Shown here: piece after piece, positions 18,535-28,870 of the stretch
Layout: the number at the start of each line of letters is the position of its first letter
Position numbering within the stretch: position 1 is the stretch's first letter
Virus record (IMG/VR): IMGVR_UViG_3300042453_002958
Coordinates: 13,376 to 77,375 of that record
Direction: 5' to 3' (one strand)
Length of the DNA stretch: 64,000 nucleotides
Source: a virus
Program-made: the position numbers and the translations under genes
The notes under the pieces: generated by a model
Database searches by the model: none
What the model was told of the DNA's origin: nothing
The model's input: the letters and a program-made list of their open reading frames with translations, nothing else

Positions 18535-20600
18535 TGGACCGCAAGAGCCGTCGCCGACGCGAACGCATGATCCTCGCCGGGGCCAATCGCCCGTTCGAGC
18601 TCTGCGGCTCGGCGGTCGTCAACATCGAGGCCGGCGCCCCCGACGCCACGGCACCGGCCACGGTGCTGATCGAAGCGTACTCCGGCGGGCTGATGAACGT
18701 GGACGGAATCGGCCAGATGGTGGCCGACGTGCGCGGCATCGAGGCCGACGGCCGCGTGGTGCTGCTCTCCGGCCACGAAAACACGCTCTCGGCAACGCTC
18801 GGCAGCGCGACCGTCCAGGTCGTCGACGGCCGGAGGCTGATGGCCACCGGGACGATCAGCCGCACCAACCCGATCGCCGCCACCGCCATCGAGCTGAGCC
18901 GCGATAGCGTGCCGCTCCAGGCGTCCATCGGGGCCGAGCCGATCGAGCCGCCAATCCGCATACGGGGCGGACAGTCGGTCGAGGTCAACGGCCGCACGAT
19001 CACCGCCGGCCCGGGGGGCTTCCTGCTCTACCGGCGCACCCGGCTCCGACACATCGCGATTCTGCCCAACGGGGCGGACGCAAAGACCAGTGTTTCCATC
19101 GCGGCCGAGGCCGCACCAAACCAGGAGGGTTTCGACGTGGACTTCAATACTTGGGTCGAGTCGCTCGGCATGGTCGTCGCGGACCTCACCGCCGAGCAGG
19201 TCACGCTGCTCCAGAGCGTCTACGACAAGCTGATGGCGGCCGAAAAGGCCGACGACGCCGGCGAAGTCGAGACCCCCGAAACGACCGCGACCGTGGCCGC
19301 GTCCGCCGTCGCCACCATCCGCGCGCAGATGGCCGCCGAAACCACCCGCGTCAACGCCATCCGCGCCGTCTGCGGCGATCGGCATGGCGACATCGCCGCC
19401 AAGGCCATCGCCGACGGCTGGGACTCGACCCGTGCCGAGCTCGAGGTGCTCCGCTCGTCGCGGCCGCGCCTCCCGGCCATCCACGCCAAGGAAAACGCCG
19501 TGAACACGAAGATCATCGAGGCGAGCCTGTGCATGGCCGCCGGCATCAACGTCGAGAAGTCCTACTCCGAAGAAACCCTCGACCGGGCCAGCAAGTTCCG
19601 CCGGCGCGGCCTCCGGTGGCACGCCGAGCAGATCGCGGCGGCCAGCGGCAAGGCGATCGACGCCGATCCGGGCACGCAGCAGTGGATCCAGGCGGCGTTC
19701 TCCACCAGCGAGCTCTCGGGAATCGTCGGCAACGTGGCCAACAAGGCTCTCCAGGACGCGTTCGCCATGGCTCCGTCCGTGGCCGAGCAGATCACGGCGA
19801 CGCGCAGCCACACGAACTTCCAGCCCAACACCGTCTACTCGCTCGCCCTCAACGGCGAGCTCCAGCTCGTCAGCAAGGACGGCGAGCTCAAGCACCTGCG
19901 GATGGCCGAGGAAAGCCGGACCCGTCAGGTGCAGACCCGCGGCGCGGTGCTGAGCATCACGCGGCAGGATCTCATCAACGACGACCTGAACGCGTTCGCG
20001 GACAACGCCAAGGCCATGGGCCGGAAGGCCGTCCACTCCCGCGAGAAAACGCTGTTCGCCGCGCTCAACGCGACGGCCGCGGGTTCGTCGTTCTTCACCA
20101 CGGCCCGGGGCAACTACTTCGAGGGTGCGGCGACCAACCTTCAGTCGTCCAGCCTCGCCACCGCGGTGCAGATGTTCCGCGATCAGGTCGGCCCGGACGG
20201 TCTGCCGGTGATGGTCGACCCCACCATCCTGCTCGTGCCGACGGCCCTCGAGCAGACGGCCAAGGAGCTCATGAACAGCCAGTACGTCGTCGGGCCGACC
20301 ACGGCCAAGACGCCGTCGGCGAACGTGTGGCAGGGTTCGTTCACCCCGCTCGTGTCGCCGTGGCTGTCCAACTCCACGCTGACCGGCAACTCGTCGACCG
20401 CGTGGTACCTGCTCGGGAACCCCGCCGACCTCGCGGCCCTGGAGATCGCCTACCTCAACGGCCTCCAGACGCCGACGGTCGAGTTCTTCGGCATGGACAC
20501 CAACCCCGAAGTGCTCGGCGTGTCGTGGCGGGTGTTCTGGGACTTCGGCGTAGCGCTCGCCGAGTACCGCGCCGGCGTAAAGAGCAAGGGCGCGGCCTGA
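18531..20600 (+). CDS. Prohead protease-scaffold-major capsid fusion (Mu gpT-like capsid)
   Basis: AYSGG, QASIGA protease region; ITRQDLINDDLNAF; YLNG..P capsid motifs. Confidence 0.85.
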   Translation: MMDRKSRRRRERMILAGANRPFELCGSAVVNIEAGAPDATAPATVLIEAYSGGLMNVDGIGQMVADVRGIEADGRVVLLSGHENTLSATLGSATVQVVDGRRLMATGTISRTNPIAATAIELSRDSVPLQASIGAEPIEPPIRIRGGQSVEVNGRTITAGPGGFLLYRRTRLRHIAILPNGADAKTSVSIAAEAAPNQEGFDVDFNTWVESLGMVVADLTAEQVTLLQSVYDKLMAAEKADDAGEVETPETTATVAASAVATIRAQMAAETTRVNAIRAVCGDRHGDIAAKAIADGWDSTRAELEVLRSSRPRLPAIHAKENAVNTKIIEASLCMAAGINVEKSYSEETLDRASKFRRRGLRWHAEQIAAASGKAIDADPGTQQWIQAAFSTSELSGIVGNVANKALQDAFAMAPSVAEQITATRSHTNFQPNTVYSLALNGELQLVSKDGELKHLRMAEESRTRQVQTRGAVLSITRQDLINDDLNAFADNAKAMGRKAVHSREKTLFAALNATAAGSSFFTTARGNYFEGAATNLQSSSLATAVQMFRDQVGPDGLPVMVDPTILLVPTALEQTAKELMNSQYVVGPTTAKTPSANVWQGSFTPLVSPWLSNSTLTGNSSTAWYLLGNPADLAALEIAYLNGLQTPTVEFFGMDTNPEVLGVSWRVFWDFGVALAEYRAGVKSKGAA

Positions 20601-20666
20601 GCCGCCCCGTCGCTCGCCTGATCGAGACCACAACCACAACCACCCCAAGAAAGAAGGACCGAAGAC

Positions 20667-20996
20667 ATGGCGACTGCGGACTACATCCACTCCGGCGACG
20701 TGATCGACTTCACGCCGGGCAGCGACACGGCGGCCGGCGCCGTCGTCGTCCAGGGCACCCAGATCGGCGTGACCAAGGTGGCCGTGCCGGCCAACACCCA
20801 GGGCACGCTCCACGTCCAAGGCGTGTTCGACATCGCCTGCGCGACGGGGACCACGTTCTCGGCCGGTGCGCTCCTCTACTGGAACGCCGGGTCGCAGCTG
20901 GTGACGACGACGAACACGGACGTTCTGATCGGCCGGGCGGCGGTCGCGAAGACTGCCGGCCAGCTCAAGGCCCGGGTTCGTATCGGCTGCGCCTGA
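20667..20996 (+). CDS. DUF2190 capsid cement/decoration protein
   Basis: G..IDFTP....AG.VVV...G..GVF; follows capsid gene. Confidence 0.8.
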   Translation: MATADYIHSGDVIDFTPGSDTAAGAVVVQGTQIGVTKVAVPANTQGTLHVQGVFDIACATGTTFSAGALLYWNAGSQLVTTTNTDVLIGRAAVAKTAGQLKARVRIGCA

Positions 20997-21093
20997 TCGG
21001 CCGTCCGGCCTAACTGAAAACCGACGGGGCGCCGCGCAAGCCCAAGCACGGCGCGGCGCCCCGTCTCTCGGTTCGCTCTACGCCGCGTGAGGG

Positions 21094-21468
21094 ATGGCCG
21101 TGTCCTCGACCAGTTGCACCGCCGATTCGGTCGCGTTCGAGCGGCTCGCCGCCACGCTGCCGCTCGCGTTCAACGTGGGCGACGACTTCCCGTTTCGGCT
21201 GCTCATCAACCGGGATCTGACCGGCTACACGCTGGCCGCCACCATCGTCAACGCGTCCACCGGGGCCACGGCGGCCACGTTCGCCATCACGACGACGCTG
21301 ACCACCGTGGCGGGCGTCACGAACACGCGCGTCAACCTTTCGCTGACCGACACGCAGACCGCAACGCTCGTGCCCCCGACCCAGTACCGATGGAGTTTCC
21401 GGTGGACGACCCCCACCGGCGACACCCGCACCATTCTCTCCGGCCGCGTCCGCGCGGTGAGGCGGTGA
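21094..21468 (+). CDS. BppU-like Ig-fold virion protein
   Basis: GDDF...DLTGYT...LSLT..QT...Y.W...T.LSG.V. Confidence 0.55.
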   Translation: MAVSSTSCTADSVAFERLAATLPLAFNVGDDFPFRLLINRDLTGYTLAATIVNASTGATAATFAITTTLTTVAGVTNTRVNLSLTDTQTATLVPPTQYRWSFRWTTPTGDTRTILSGRVRAVRR

Positions 21469-21472
21469 TGCC

Positions 21473-23383
21473 ATGAGCGACACGATCACGGTCGACGGCG
21501 GCGAAACGATCATCGTGGCGCCGGACGCGTGCGCGACCGCTGACTGCGAAGTGCTCGTCAGCATCGTCACGGGCCAGGACGGTGCCGTCGGGCCAGCCGG
21601 ACCGCAGGGGCCGGCGGGTGCAGCTGGACAAACCGGACCCGCCGGGGCCGCCGGGCCGCAGGGACCGGCAGGGCCAGCCGGGGCAACGGGGGCAACGGGG
21701 CCAGCAGGGGCGACCGGGGCCGCAGGGCCGACCGGACCGCAGGGGCCGGCGGGGGCGGCCGGTGCCGCCGGCCCGCAAGGGCCAGCCGGGCCAGCCGGCA
21801 CGACGACCTGGGCCGGGATCACGGACAAGCCGGCCACGTTCGCGCCGTCCGATCATGCCCACGGCGCCATCACGCCCGACGGAAGGATCGGCGACAACAC
21901 GACATCAGGGCGATTCGTCGTCACGACCGACCTGGGAGACCTGGCCACGGCCGGCGCCTCGACGGGCAGGTCGCTGCTCGGCCTCGGCGGCGCGGCGACG
22001 CTGAACGTCGGCACCGCGGCCGGCACGGTGGCGGCGGGCAACGACGCGCGGCTCTCCGACGCGCGGACGCCGACGGCCCACACCCACGCCAACCTCGGCA
22101 CGGAGGATGCAAAGCAAGACTTCTACATCAACCTCGCCAACGGCCTGCCAAACATCGAAAACGGCGTGCCGACTGAGGTAAACCATCGCGCCGTGGCGTG
22201 GATTCAGAATAGAAGCCACTTCGGCGCGGGTCGGTTCAATCATTACGGCGAGTTCCCGGCACACGCCGGGCAATATAGCGCGACTTTCGGATGGGCCTGT
22301 CACGTCATCGACAACACAACTTCATCGGACGGCAATCAAGCGAAGGGCAGTTTCGCCGCCGGTTACGGCAACACTGTCGGCGCGTCGATGTCGTCGGCGC
22401 TCGGCCAATACAACCTCGTCCGAAACGTAGGGCACGCGATTGGCGCATACAACCAGGTCGGCGGATCGGGCGACCAGATTGTGGCGCACAACTGGACAAG
22501 CCCGACCGCAAGCCACTCTGTCGAGATCAGCGGAAACAGGTCATCGACGTATCCCGTAGGCACTGTGGTTGCGGTCCTTTTGGCGAGCGCCTCGAATGTG
22601 GACTCTTGGCAGCCAAACAAGGTTTCGGCGGTCTCCTACAACGCCGGAACGAACAGGACCGTGATTACGCTTGTCGCGCCGGCCGAGTTTCAAGCGGCCA
22701 CGACTGATTTTTTGGAGCAGGCGAGCGGGATCGGACAATCCAACGTCCTTACTCGCTCTCTGATCTGCACGCTAAACGGCGGCGGCGAGGGGATCGCGAT
22801 CGGATGGCGAAACATCATCCCGACATCCCGCGGGTTCGCAATCGGTACCGATCACAACCTGGTGGGCCAACACGGATTCGCGCTCGGTCGCCAGGTCGTG
22901 ACGAAGAACGCCTACCAGGGCGGCTTTGGAACCGGCTACCTGATGAACGGCTCGACGCGGCATATCGCGCAGATGAATATGTGGTGCCTGAAGCGGCGCA
23001 CCACCGACGCCACGCCGGCGGTGATGACGATCGACGGACTGTCCACGGTGGCCTCGACCAACTCCATCATTTTAGAGGAGCGGTCGGTATATCGGATGCG
23101 ATTTGAAATCGCCGGACGTGGGACTGGGGACATAGCCTACGGCGAAACAATCACGGCAACCGTCAAGCGAGACGGGTCTTCAAACCTGACGATTGTCGGG
23201 CAGGCGAGCTCTAACAAGCACACCGACAGCGGCCTTTCGACTGCATCTGCCACCCTAAAAGCAAACGGGACGCTCGACTCCGTAGAGCTGGAAGTGACCG
23301 GCGTCGCTGGGACCACGATCATCTGGCACGCATACGTCGAGGCGTCGCAAATCTCAAACGACTACACGGCAAACTCTTTGTAA
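21473..23383 (+). CDS. Collagen-like fibre/adhesin protein
   Basis: Long Gly-X-Y run at about 21575-21800; YadA-head-like repeats; lower-GC C-terminal part. Confidence 0.8.
   Translation: MSDTITVDGGETIIVAPDACATADCEVLVSIVTGQDGAVGPAGPQGPAGAAGQTGPAGAAGPQGPAGPAGATGATGPAGATGAAGPTGPQGPAGAAGAAGPQGPAGPAGTTTWAGITDKPATFAPSDHAHGAITPDGRIGDNTTSGRFVVTTDLGDLATAGASTGRSLLGLGGAATLNVGTAAGTVAAGNDARLSDARTPTAHTHANLGTEDAKQDFYINLANGLPNIENGVPTEVNHRAVAWIQNRSHFGAGRFNHYGEFPAHAGQYSATFGWACHVIDNTTSSDGNQAKGSFAAGYGNTVGASMSSALGQYNLVRNVGHAIGAYNQVGGSGDQIVAHNWTSPTASHSVEISGNRSSTYPVGTVVAVLLASASNVDSWQPNKVSAVSYNAGTNRTVITLVAPAEFQAATTDFLEQASGIGQSNVLTRSLICTLNGGGEGIAIGWRNIIPTSRGFAIGTDHNLVGQHGFALGRQVVTKNAYQGGFGTGYLMNGSTRHIAQMNMWCLKRRTTDATPAVMTIDGLSTVASTNSIILEERSVYRMRFEIAGRGTGDIAYGETITATVKRDGSSNLTIVGQASSNKHTDSGLSTASATLKANGTLDSVELEVTGVAGTTIIWHAYVEASQISNDYTANSL
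22047..22173 (+). repeat. Direct repeat copy 1 (identical to 63874-64000)
   Basis: 127 bp identical up to the window end; diverged similarity extends back to about 21781/63611. Confidence 0.9.
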
Positions 23384-23485
23384 TGCCTGCCAAAAACAGG
23401 GAGGCGGCGACGCTCTGGCCGCTCAAATCCCGGGGTTTACACCCCGGCGCGGATCGCTACGCTGCCGGTGAACGGGTGAACACCT

Positions 23486-24526
23486 ATGATCGAACACCTG
23501 CACCGACTCGCGGCCCACGCCTACTACTGCGGCGAGCACGACGTGGGACGCCGCGCGTGCGAGCGGCTCATGCGCATGGACCTATCCCCGGAGAAGGACG
23601 AAGCCGTCCGCTCCAACCGGACGTGGTACACCAGGCCGCTCGGCGACCTGGTGGACGTGTGGCTCACTCCGCTTGAGCCCGCCGTCCGGGTCGGCTGGTC
23701 TCGGTTCAACCCGTCGGTCGTGATCCACGACGGCGTACCGCTCTACAACGTCCGCACCAGCAACTACCGGATCGACGACAACGGCCAGTACGTCATGCCG
23801 CCGGAAGATGCCGGCGTGATCCGCACCGACAACCTGCTCTACGAGCGGCCCGGTCTCGCGACCATGCTGCAGTGCGACTACCCGCGGTCGCAGTTTCCGG
23901 TCGATGGGCTGGAGGACGTGCGGCTCAACTCGATCGACGGCCGGCTCTACGCATCGGCCACGCTCCGCAATCTCGACGGACAGGACGGCACCTGCCGGAT
24001 GGCCTACGGCGAAGTCGTGGACGGCCGGATCGCGAGTCTCGTGTGCCACGACACGGTGGACGGCAAGCACGAGAAGAACTGGATGCCGATCGTGGGCCAG
24101 AAGCGGTGGCTCTACTCGTGCTCGGCCAACGGCCACGTCTGTCTGGTGGAGGATGCCGGCGACGACTGGACGGTCACGGCCTACGCCGAGTCGCCGCCGG
24201 TGGCCCGGGCGTTTCGCGGCGGCTCGCAGCTCGTGCCGATCGGCGGCGGCGAGTGGCTGGCGGTGATCCACGAGGTCGCGATGGTCAAGGGCCGCCGGGT
24301 CTACGAGCACCGCTTCGTGCTGTTCTCCGAAGCCGACTGGTCCATCGCGGCCGTGTCGCCGCCGTTCGCGTTTCGCGAACCGCGAAAGATCGAGTTCTGC
24401 GCCGGGCTGGCCCTCCGCGGCGGCAAGCTGATCGCCACGTTCGGCGTGCGTGACGCGGAGGCATGGATGGCCGAGATGGCGGTCGAGCAGGTGCGATCCA
24501 TCCTGGAGAGTCCGACATGGGAGTGA
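23486..24526 (+). CDS. GH43/GH130-like five-bladed beta-propeller protein
   Basis: FNPSV, GLEDVRL, EKNWMP, RGGS, IEFCAGL. Confidence 0.65.
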   Translation: MIEHLHRLAAHAYYCGEHDVGRRACERLMRMDLSPEKDEAVRSNRTWYTRPLGDLVDVWLTPLEPAVRVGWSRFNPSVVIHDGVPLYNVRTSNYRIDDNGQYVMPPEDAGVIRTDNLLYERPGLATMLQCDYPRSQFPVDGLEDVRLNSIDGRLYASATLRNLDGQDGTCRMAYGEVVDGRIASLVCHDTVDGKHEKNWMPIVGQKRWLYSCSANGHVCLVEDAGDDWTVTAYAESPPVARAFRGGSQLVPIGGGEWLAVIHEVAMVKGRRVYEHRFVLFSEADWSIAAVSPPFAFREPRKIEFCAGLALRGGKLIATFGVRDAEAWMAEMAVEQVRSILESPTWE

Positions 24527-25077
24527 GCGTGGACGTGCCGGCCGTGGACACCATCCGGGCACTGCTGGAAGCCAACTGGCGGGACGACGATTGGTTCGGC
24601 TGCGACAGCCGGGTGATCTTCCACTACGCCATGAAAGCGCAGGTCTGCCGGCGGTTCGCGCCCCGGCGGGTGATCGAGATCGGCACCCGCTGCGGCTACT
24701 CGCTGCTCACGTTCGCGACCGTGGCCCCGCGGGCGTCGTTTCTCTGCATCGACGGGGCGATGGACGCCGACAGCTACGACTGTCTCGCCCACTGGCGGCG
24801 GCTGGTGGACCGGCACGAGATCGACGCCGACCTGGTCGTGGTGGACTCGCACGCGATCAAGTCGCTCCCGCCGGCCGACTTCGCCCATATCGACGGCGAC
24901 CACTCCTACGAGGGTGCCCTGGCGGATCTGCGGCTCGTGGCTCACTGCCGGGCGATCCTGGCGGACGACTGCGACAACCGCGACGTGCGGCGGGCGGTCG
25001 AGACGTTCGCCCGCGAGCAGGCCCGGACGGTGGAGTATTTCGATGACGGGCTGCGGCAGGGGGCCATCCTGACATGA
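24517..25077 (+). CDS. Class I SAM methyltransferase (Methyltransf_24-like)
   Basis: VIEIGTRCGYS, FAHIDGDHSYEG..AD, ADD. Confidence 0.85.
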   Translation: MGVSVDVPAVDTIRALLEANWRDDDWFGCDSRVIFHYAMKAQVCRRFAPRRVIEIGTRCGYSLLTFATVAPRASFLCIDGAMDADSYDCLAHWRRLVDRHEIDADLVVVDSHAIKSLPPADFAHIDGDHSYEGALADLRLVAHCRAILADDCDNRDVRRAVETFAREQARTVEYFDDGLRQGAILT

Positions 25078-26129
25078 AGGTCGCCATCTACGCCCTCGCG
25101 AAGAACGAGTCCGCCAACGTGGCCCGCTGGGAGGAGTCGTGCCGGGACGCGGACGTTCGCGTGGTCACTGACACCGGCTCCACCGACGACACCGTGCAGC
25201 TGCTGGAGGCCGCGGGGGTCACGGTGGCCCGCGGTGCCCCGATCCCGTGGCGGTGGGACGACGCCCACAACCTCTCGCTCATGCACGTCCCCGCGGACGT
25301 GGACGTGGCGATCCGGCTCGACCTGGACGAAGCCCTCGACCCCGGGTGGCGGGCGGCCCTGGAGGCCGCGTGGAAGCCGGAGACCACGAAGCTCCGCTAC
25401 TGGTACTGGTGGTCAGACGCGCTCCGGTTTCGCTGCGACCGGATCCACTCCCGCACCGGCTACCGCTGGACGGGGGCGACCCACGAGGGGCTCGTGCGGT
25501 GGGACGGGGCCGAGGTGCAGACCTTCAACGACGACGTGGTGATCCGCCACCACCGGCAGCCCGGCAAGATGCACAAGAGCGACCTGTCGCTGCTCCGCCA
25601 GGCGGTCCGCGAGAATCCGGCCGACGCGCGGATGCAGTGGTATTTCGCTCGGGAGCTCGACTACGCCGGAGAGGCCGAGGCCCGCGATTCGTTCGAGCGA
25701 TACCTGCGGATGCCGGGCGGATCGCCGCACGAGCGGGCGTATGCCAGGCGAGTGCTTGCGAGACTGGAGCCATCCAATGCAAGCCGCCACCTGTTTCATG
25801 CCCTGACCGAATCTCCGGACGAGCCCGAGGTGACCGTCGCCGTGGCCGAGAAAGCGTGGGAGATGGGCGACTACGTCGGAACGCTCTACTGGGCACGTCA
25901 GGCCGTTTCGTGCCCGGAGGAGTCGATGTCGCACGCCAGCGACCCGCGAGCGTATTCGGACGTCGCCCCGGACCTCGCCGCATCGGCGGCGATGAAACTC
26001 GGTCGCTACGCAGAAGCCCTCCGCCACGCCCGCGAAGCCCTTCGCCGAAGCCCTAGCGACGAGCGGCTGGCCAAGAACGTCCGGCTACTTGAGACAATGG
26101 AATCGGAGGACGGCCCAAAGGCCGAATAG
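25074..26129 (+). CDS. GT2 glycosyltransferase with TPR repeats
   Basis: ALAKNE, DTGSTDDT, LDLDE, THE; TPR C-terminus. Confidence 0.85.
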   Translation: MKVAIYALAKNESANVARWEESCRDADVRVVTDTGSTDDTVQLLEAAGVTVARGAPIPWRWDDAHNLSLMHVPADVDVAIRLDLDEALDPGWRAALEAAWKPETTKLRYWYWWSDALRFRCDRIHSRTGYRWTGATHEGLVRWDGAEVQTFNDDVVIRHHRQPGKMHKSDLSLLRQAVRENPADARMQWYFARELDYAGEAEARDSFERYLRMPGGSPHERAYARRVLARLEPSNASRHLFHALTESPDEPEVTVAVAEKAWEMGDYVGTLYWARQAVSCPEESMSHASDPRAYSDVAPDLAASAAMKLGRYAEALRHAREALRRSPSDERLAKNVRLLETMESEDGPKAE

Positions 26130-26132
26130 CCA

Positions 26133-26582
26133 ATGTCGATCGCCGTGCAGATTGCCGACTCGCTCGCCGCAGCCCTGTCGGCGTATCCGCTCTCCATGCC
26201 AGTGGCTGCTTCCCGCAAATACGTCCCTGACTACGACGGCACCGAGCTGCAGTCGCTGCGAGTGGCCGTGGTGCCGGGACCGATTGAGACCGAGCGCGTG
26301 GCGCGCGGACAAGACCTGTTCACGCACTCTGTAATGGTCATGATTGGCAAGGCCACAGACGGCAGTAACGAGCAGATAGATCCGCTCATGCAGCTCTGCG
26401 AGGAGATCATGGACGCGATCCGCAGCGGCACCTTGGGCACTGCGGGGATGCCGGACAATGCGAAATACTTCGGCTCGACGTTCGACGCGACGTTTGACCG
26501 CGACAACCTCAACGACCGCCGCATGTTTCTCGCCCAGATCGGGGTTACGTACCGGGTGCCACGCGAACACGTATTGGTGTAG
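26133..26582 (+). CDS. Tail completion/terminator-like protein
   Basis: Size and position before neck and tail tube genes. Confidence 0.55.
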   Translation: MSIAVQIADSLAAALSAYPLSMPVAASRKYVPDYDGTELQSLRVAVVPGPIETERVARGQDLFTHSVMVMIGKATDGSNEQIDPLMQLCEEIMDAIRSGTLGTAGMPDNAKYFGSTFDATFDRDNLNDRRMFLAQIGVTYRVPREHVLV

Positions 26583-26584
26583 CC

Positions 26585-27355
26585 ATGCAGTTCATGCCAA
26601 TCGGCGGCAATCCATTCGGGGCCGCCCTCAGCGGCGGCTTTCGGATCCCGAGTATTTCGCTGCGGGTCAGCACGAGCTTTTTCTTTGACCGGGACGCCGT
26701 GAAGTCTTCCCTGAGCGCTATGGAGCTAAAGGCGCTCTCCAAGGGCTCGATGCGGATCAAGGACTACGCCAAGCGGTCCATTCGCAAGATGGGGGCAGGC
26801 CGCCCCCGGCTCAAGATCATGAAAGACAACCCCGGGGTGGCGCTGGCCGCGCTCGCCTCCAGGCCGACGACGAGCCAGCGGACGCGACGCACGCTGCAAA
26901 CCAGGATCATGGAGATTCAGACCAGGCCGCCGTCTCGCCCGGGCACGCCACCGCACACGCACGTCCCCTACTCGCACATGCTTGGGTTTCGCCGAAACCT
27001 GTGGAACTACTTTGATCCGCAGACACGGTCGGCGGTGGTCGGTCCCAGCAAGAAGGGCAAGATGCTGCCATACCTGCATGAGTTCGGCGGGACTCAGACT
27101 CTGTCGGTTTGGGTATTTCGCAACCGCTACCCAGGTGGCCAGGTCATCACGAGAACCGGTGCCACAGGAGACCGGCCGAGAAACTCCGCGATGTGGCAGG
27201 TGACCTCGCAGCGGCGGACGGTCACGTATCCTGAGCGGCCATTTATGCACCCAGCGATGATGCGTGCTGTCGCAAACGGGGATCTCGCGAAGGCGTTCGG
27301 CGGCCAGTTCAGCGTGGCGCAGGCCGGCCGCGGGACGTTCATCCGTGGGTCGTAG
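26585..27355 (+). CDS. Neck/tail component (HK97 gp10-like)
   Basis: S.PG.PP, LHEFGG, YPERPFM.PA. Confidence 0.7.
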   Translation: MQFMPIGGNPFGAALSGGFRIPSISLRVSTSFFFDRDAVKSSLSAMELKALSKGSMRIKDYAKRSIRKMGAGRPRLKIMKDNPGVALAALASRPTTSQRTRRTLQTRIMEIQTRPPSRPGTPPHTHVPYSHMLGFRRNLWNYFDPQTRSAVVGPSKKGKMLPYLHEFGGTQTLSVWVFRNRYPGGQVITRTGATGDRPRNSAMWQVTSQRRTVTYPERPFMHPAMMRAVANGDLAKAFGGQFSVAQAGRGTFIRGS

Positions 27356-27412
27356 GCATGTATACTGACGTATAGGTACACTGACCTAGCCGCACAAGGA
27401 GCCTCCGCAGCC

Positions 27413-27781
27413 ATGCCAGCCCACACGTACTACCTCGGCAAGAACGGGACGTTCACTTTCTCGGCGGGAATCGCCAACAACGACGTCAAGACGGTCACCG
27501 TCAATCGCGAGACCGCTGCCGAGGCAGACGTGACGACCAGGGCAAGCGGTGACGAGCAGGAGTTCGCCTTTGTGCGAAAGAACACGTCGATCGACGTGGT
27601 CGTGCTGCACCACACGATCACCGGCGGCCTCGGGACGACCGGCACGATCACCTGCACGCTGTCGCCGAGCGGGCCGTTTGCCAGCCCTTCGGGCGTGTTC
27701 CAGGTCATGAGCATTTCAGAGTCGCAGGATCTCGACAACGCCGTTGAATGGACTGTCAACCTTCGCAAGACGGCTGGTTGA
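27413..27781 (+). CDS. Tail tube (major tail) protein
   Basis: V.V......ADVTTR; Q.LD.AV; AAGGAG RBS. Confidence 0.6.
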   Translation: MPAHTYYLGKNGTFTFSAGIANNDVKTVTVNRETAAEADVTTRASGDEQEFAFVRKNTSIDVVVLHHTITGGLGTTGTITCTLSPSGPFASPSGVFQVMSISESQDLDNAVEWTVNLRKTAG

Positions 27782-27805
27782 TCGGCCCAACGAAACAGGT
27801 GGGCC

Positions 27806-28177
27806 GTGGCCAACGAGAAGTTCGTCCTTGGGCGCGAGTGCGTGTTTCGCGTGGACGGGCTCCTTACGCTGCGGAGCGTCCGTGACGTAGGCGTGAGGAG
27901 AACCACGACAGAGGTGGATGCGACTGGCTACGGCCACTCGTCTCGTTCGTCAGTCGTGACCCACCGCACTTACGAGATCGACGTCGAGGTTTTTGATCCG
28001 GAGGAAGTCGAGGCGCTGCGGAACGCCGAGTCTTCCGACACGCCGATCACTGTGACGACGACCAATGGGCTCATGCCCATAAGCGGCAAGTTCACCATTC
28101 ACGAAGTCGTCGCCGATGAGGGCATCGACGACGCTGTCGTGGCACGATTTTCACTGAGGCAGTGGGGCCACCCATGA
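27806..28177 (+). CDS. Second tail-tube-like paralogue
   Basis: VRDV......EVDAT...IDDAV; similar to upstream gene. Confidence 0.55.
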   Translation: MANEKFVLGRECVFRVDGLLTLRSVRDVGVRRTTTEVDATGYGHSSRSSVVTHRTYEIDVEVFDPEEVEALRNAESSDTPITVTTTNGLMPISGKFTIHEVVADEGIDDAVVARFSLRQWGHP

Positions 28178-28731
28178 AGACGTTCACGGACACCGAGGGC
28201 AGGCTTTGGAATGTTCGCGGGAGTCTAGGGGCTTTCGAGCGAGTGAAGACATCGACCGGCGTGGACATGCTTGACCTGCCGACCACGCAAAACTGTCTCA
28301 AGGAGATCAACAACGTATTCACGCTGGGGCGCGTGCTCTACGCGATGTGCCAAGAGCAAGCGGATGGCCGCGGGCTGACGCCGGAGCAGTTCGCCGACGC
28401 CTTCAATGCCGACACGCTGCACGATGCGAGCAACGCTCTGCTCGATGAGGTGGTTTTTTTTTGCCGGAAGGAGATGCGGCCAGTGCTGCAGATGGCGCTG
28501 GACAAGGCGAGGCAGGCCGACGCCAGGATCGTGGAGACGATGCAGTCGAGGGTGCAGAGCATGGAGCGCCACATGGACGTCGCGATCGAGAACCTGTTGA
28601 CATCTACAAGCTCTGCTACGAGCTCGCCGGCGTCATCGGAGTCCATCCAGCAGAGTGGACCCTACGCGGGCTCATCTGGGCCGCCACGGCCAAGCAGAAA
28701 GAGGCGTGGGGTCACACCTCAACCGTCGTAG
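28174..28731 (+). CDS. Tail assembly chaperone (G-like)
   Basis: MKTFTD..GR.W; precedes tape measure; T9 run at 28454-28462. Confidence 0.7.
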   Translation: MKTFTDTEGRLWNVRGSLGAFERVKTSTGVDMLDLPTTQNCLKEINNVFTLGRVLYAMCQEQADGRGLTPEQFADAFNADTLHDASNALLDEVVFFCRKEMRPVLQMALDKARQADARIVETMQSRVQSMERHMDVAIENLLTSTSSATSSPASSESIQQSGPYAGSSGPPRPSRKRRGVTPQPS

Positions 28732-28868
28732 CCCAGCACTACTCGATCCACCGCGACCCCAAGAAGCGGCGAGAGCCCTACCAGCCCAACGAGTTCAATC
28801 CGTTCCACGAAAAAGCGAAGCCGAAGATGCTGGACGAGAAATCCCTCGCTGAAATGTTTGGGGACTGA
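28461..28868 (+). CDS. Tail assembly chaperone frameshift extension (T-like)
   Basis: -1 frame ORF (YELAGVIGVHP.EWTLR...FNPF) ending next to the tape measure start. Confidence 0.55.
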   Translation: MPEGDAASAADGAGQGEAGRRQDRGDDAVEGAEHGAPHGRRDREPVDIYKLCYELAGVIGVHPAEWTLRGLIWAATAKQKEAWGHTSTVVAQHYSIHRDPKKRREPYQPNEFNPFHEKAKPKMLDEKSLAEMFGD

Positions 28869-28870
28869 AC

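Larger units (their letters stand above)
1..22046. mobile_element. Temperate phage genome X (partial)
   Basis: Integrase, recombination, replication, terminase, portal, capsid and fibre genes in typical siphophage order; no host genes. Right boundary inferred from the fibre-gene repeat. Confidence 0.8.

Noticed and set aside
18051-20819. Very long antisense ORFs (e.g. 18051-20819, 13026-15239, 58300-60174, 60159-62357)
   Set aside because: Shadow ORFs caused by high GC3, opposite well-supported phage genes.
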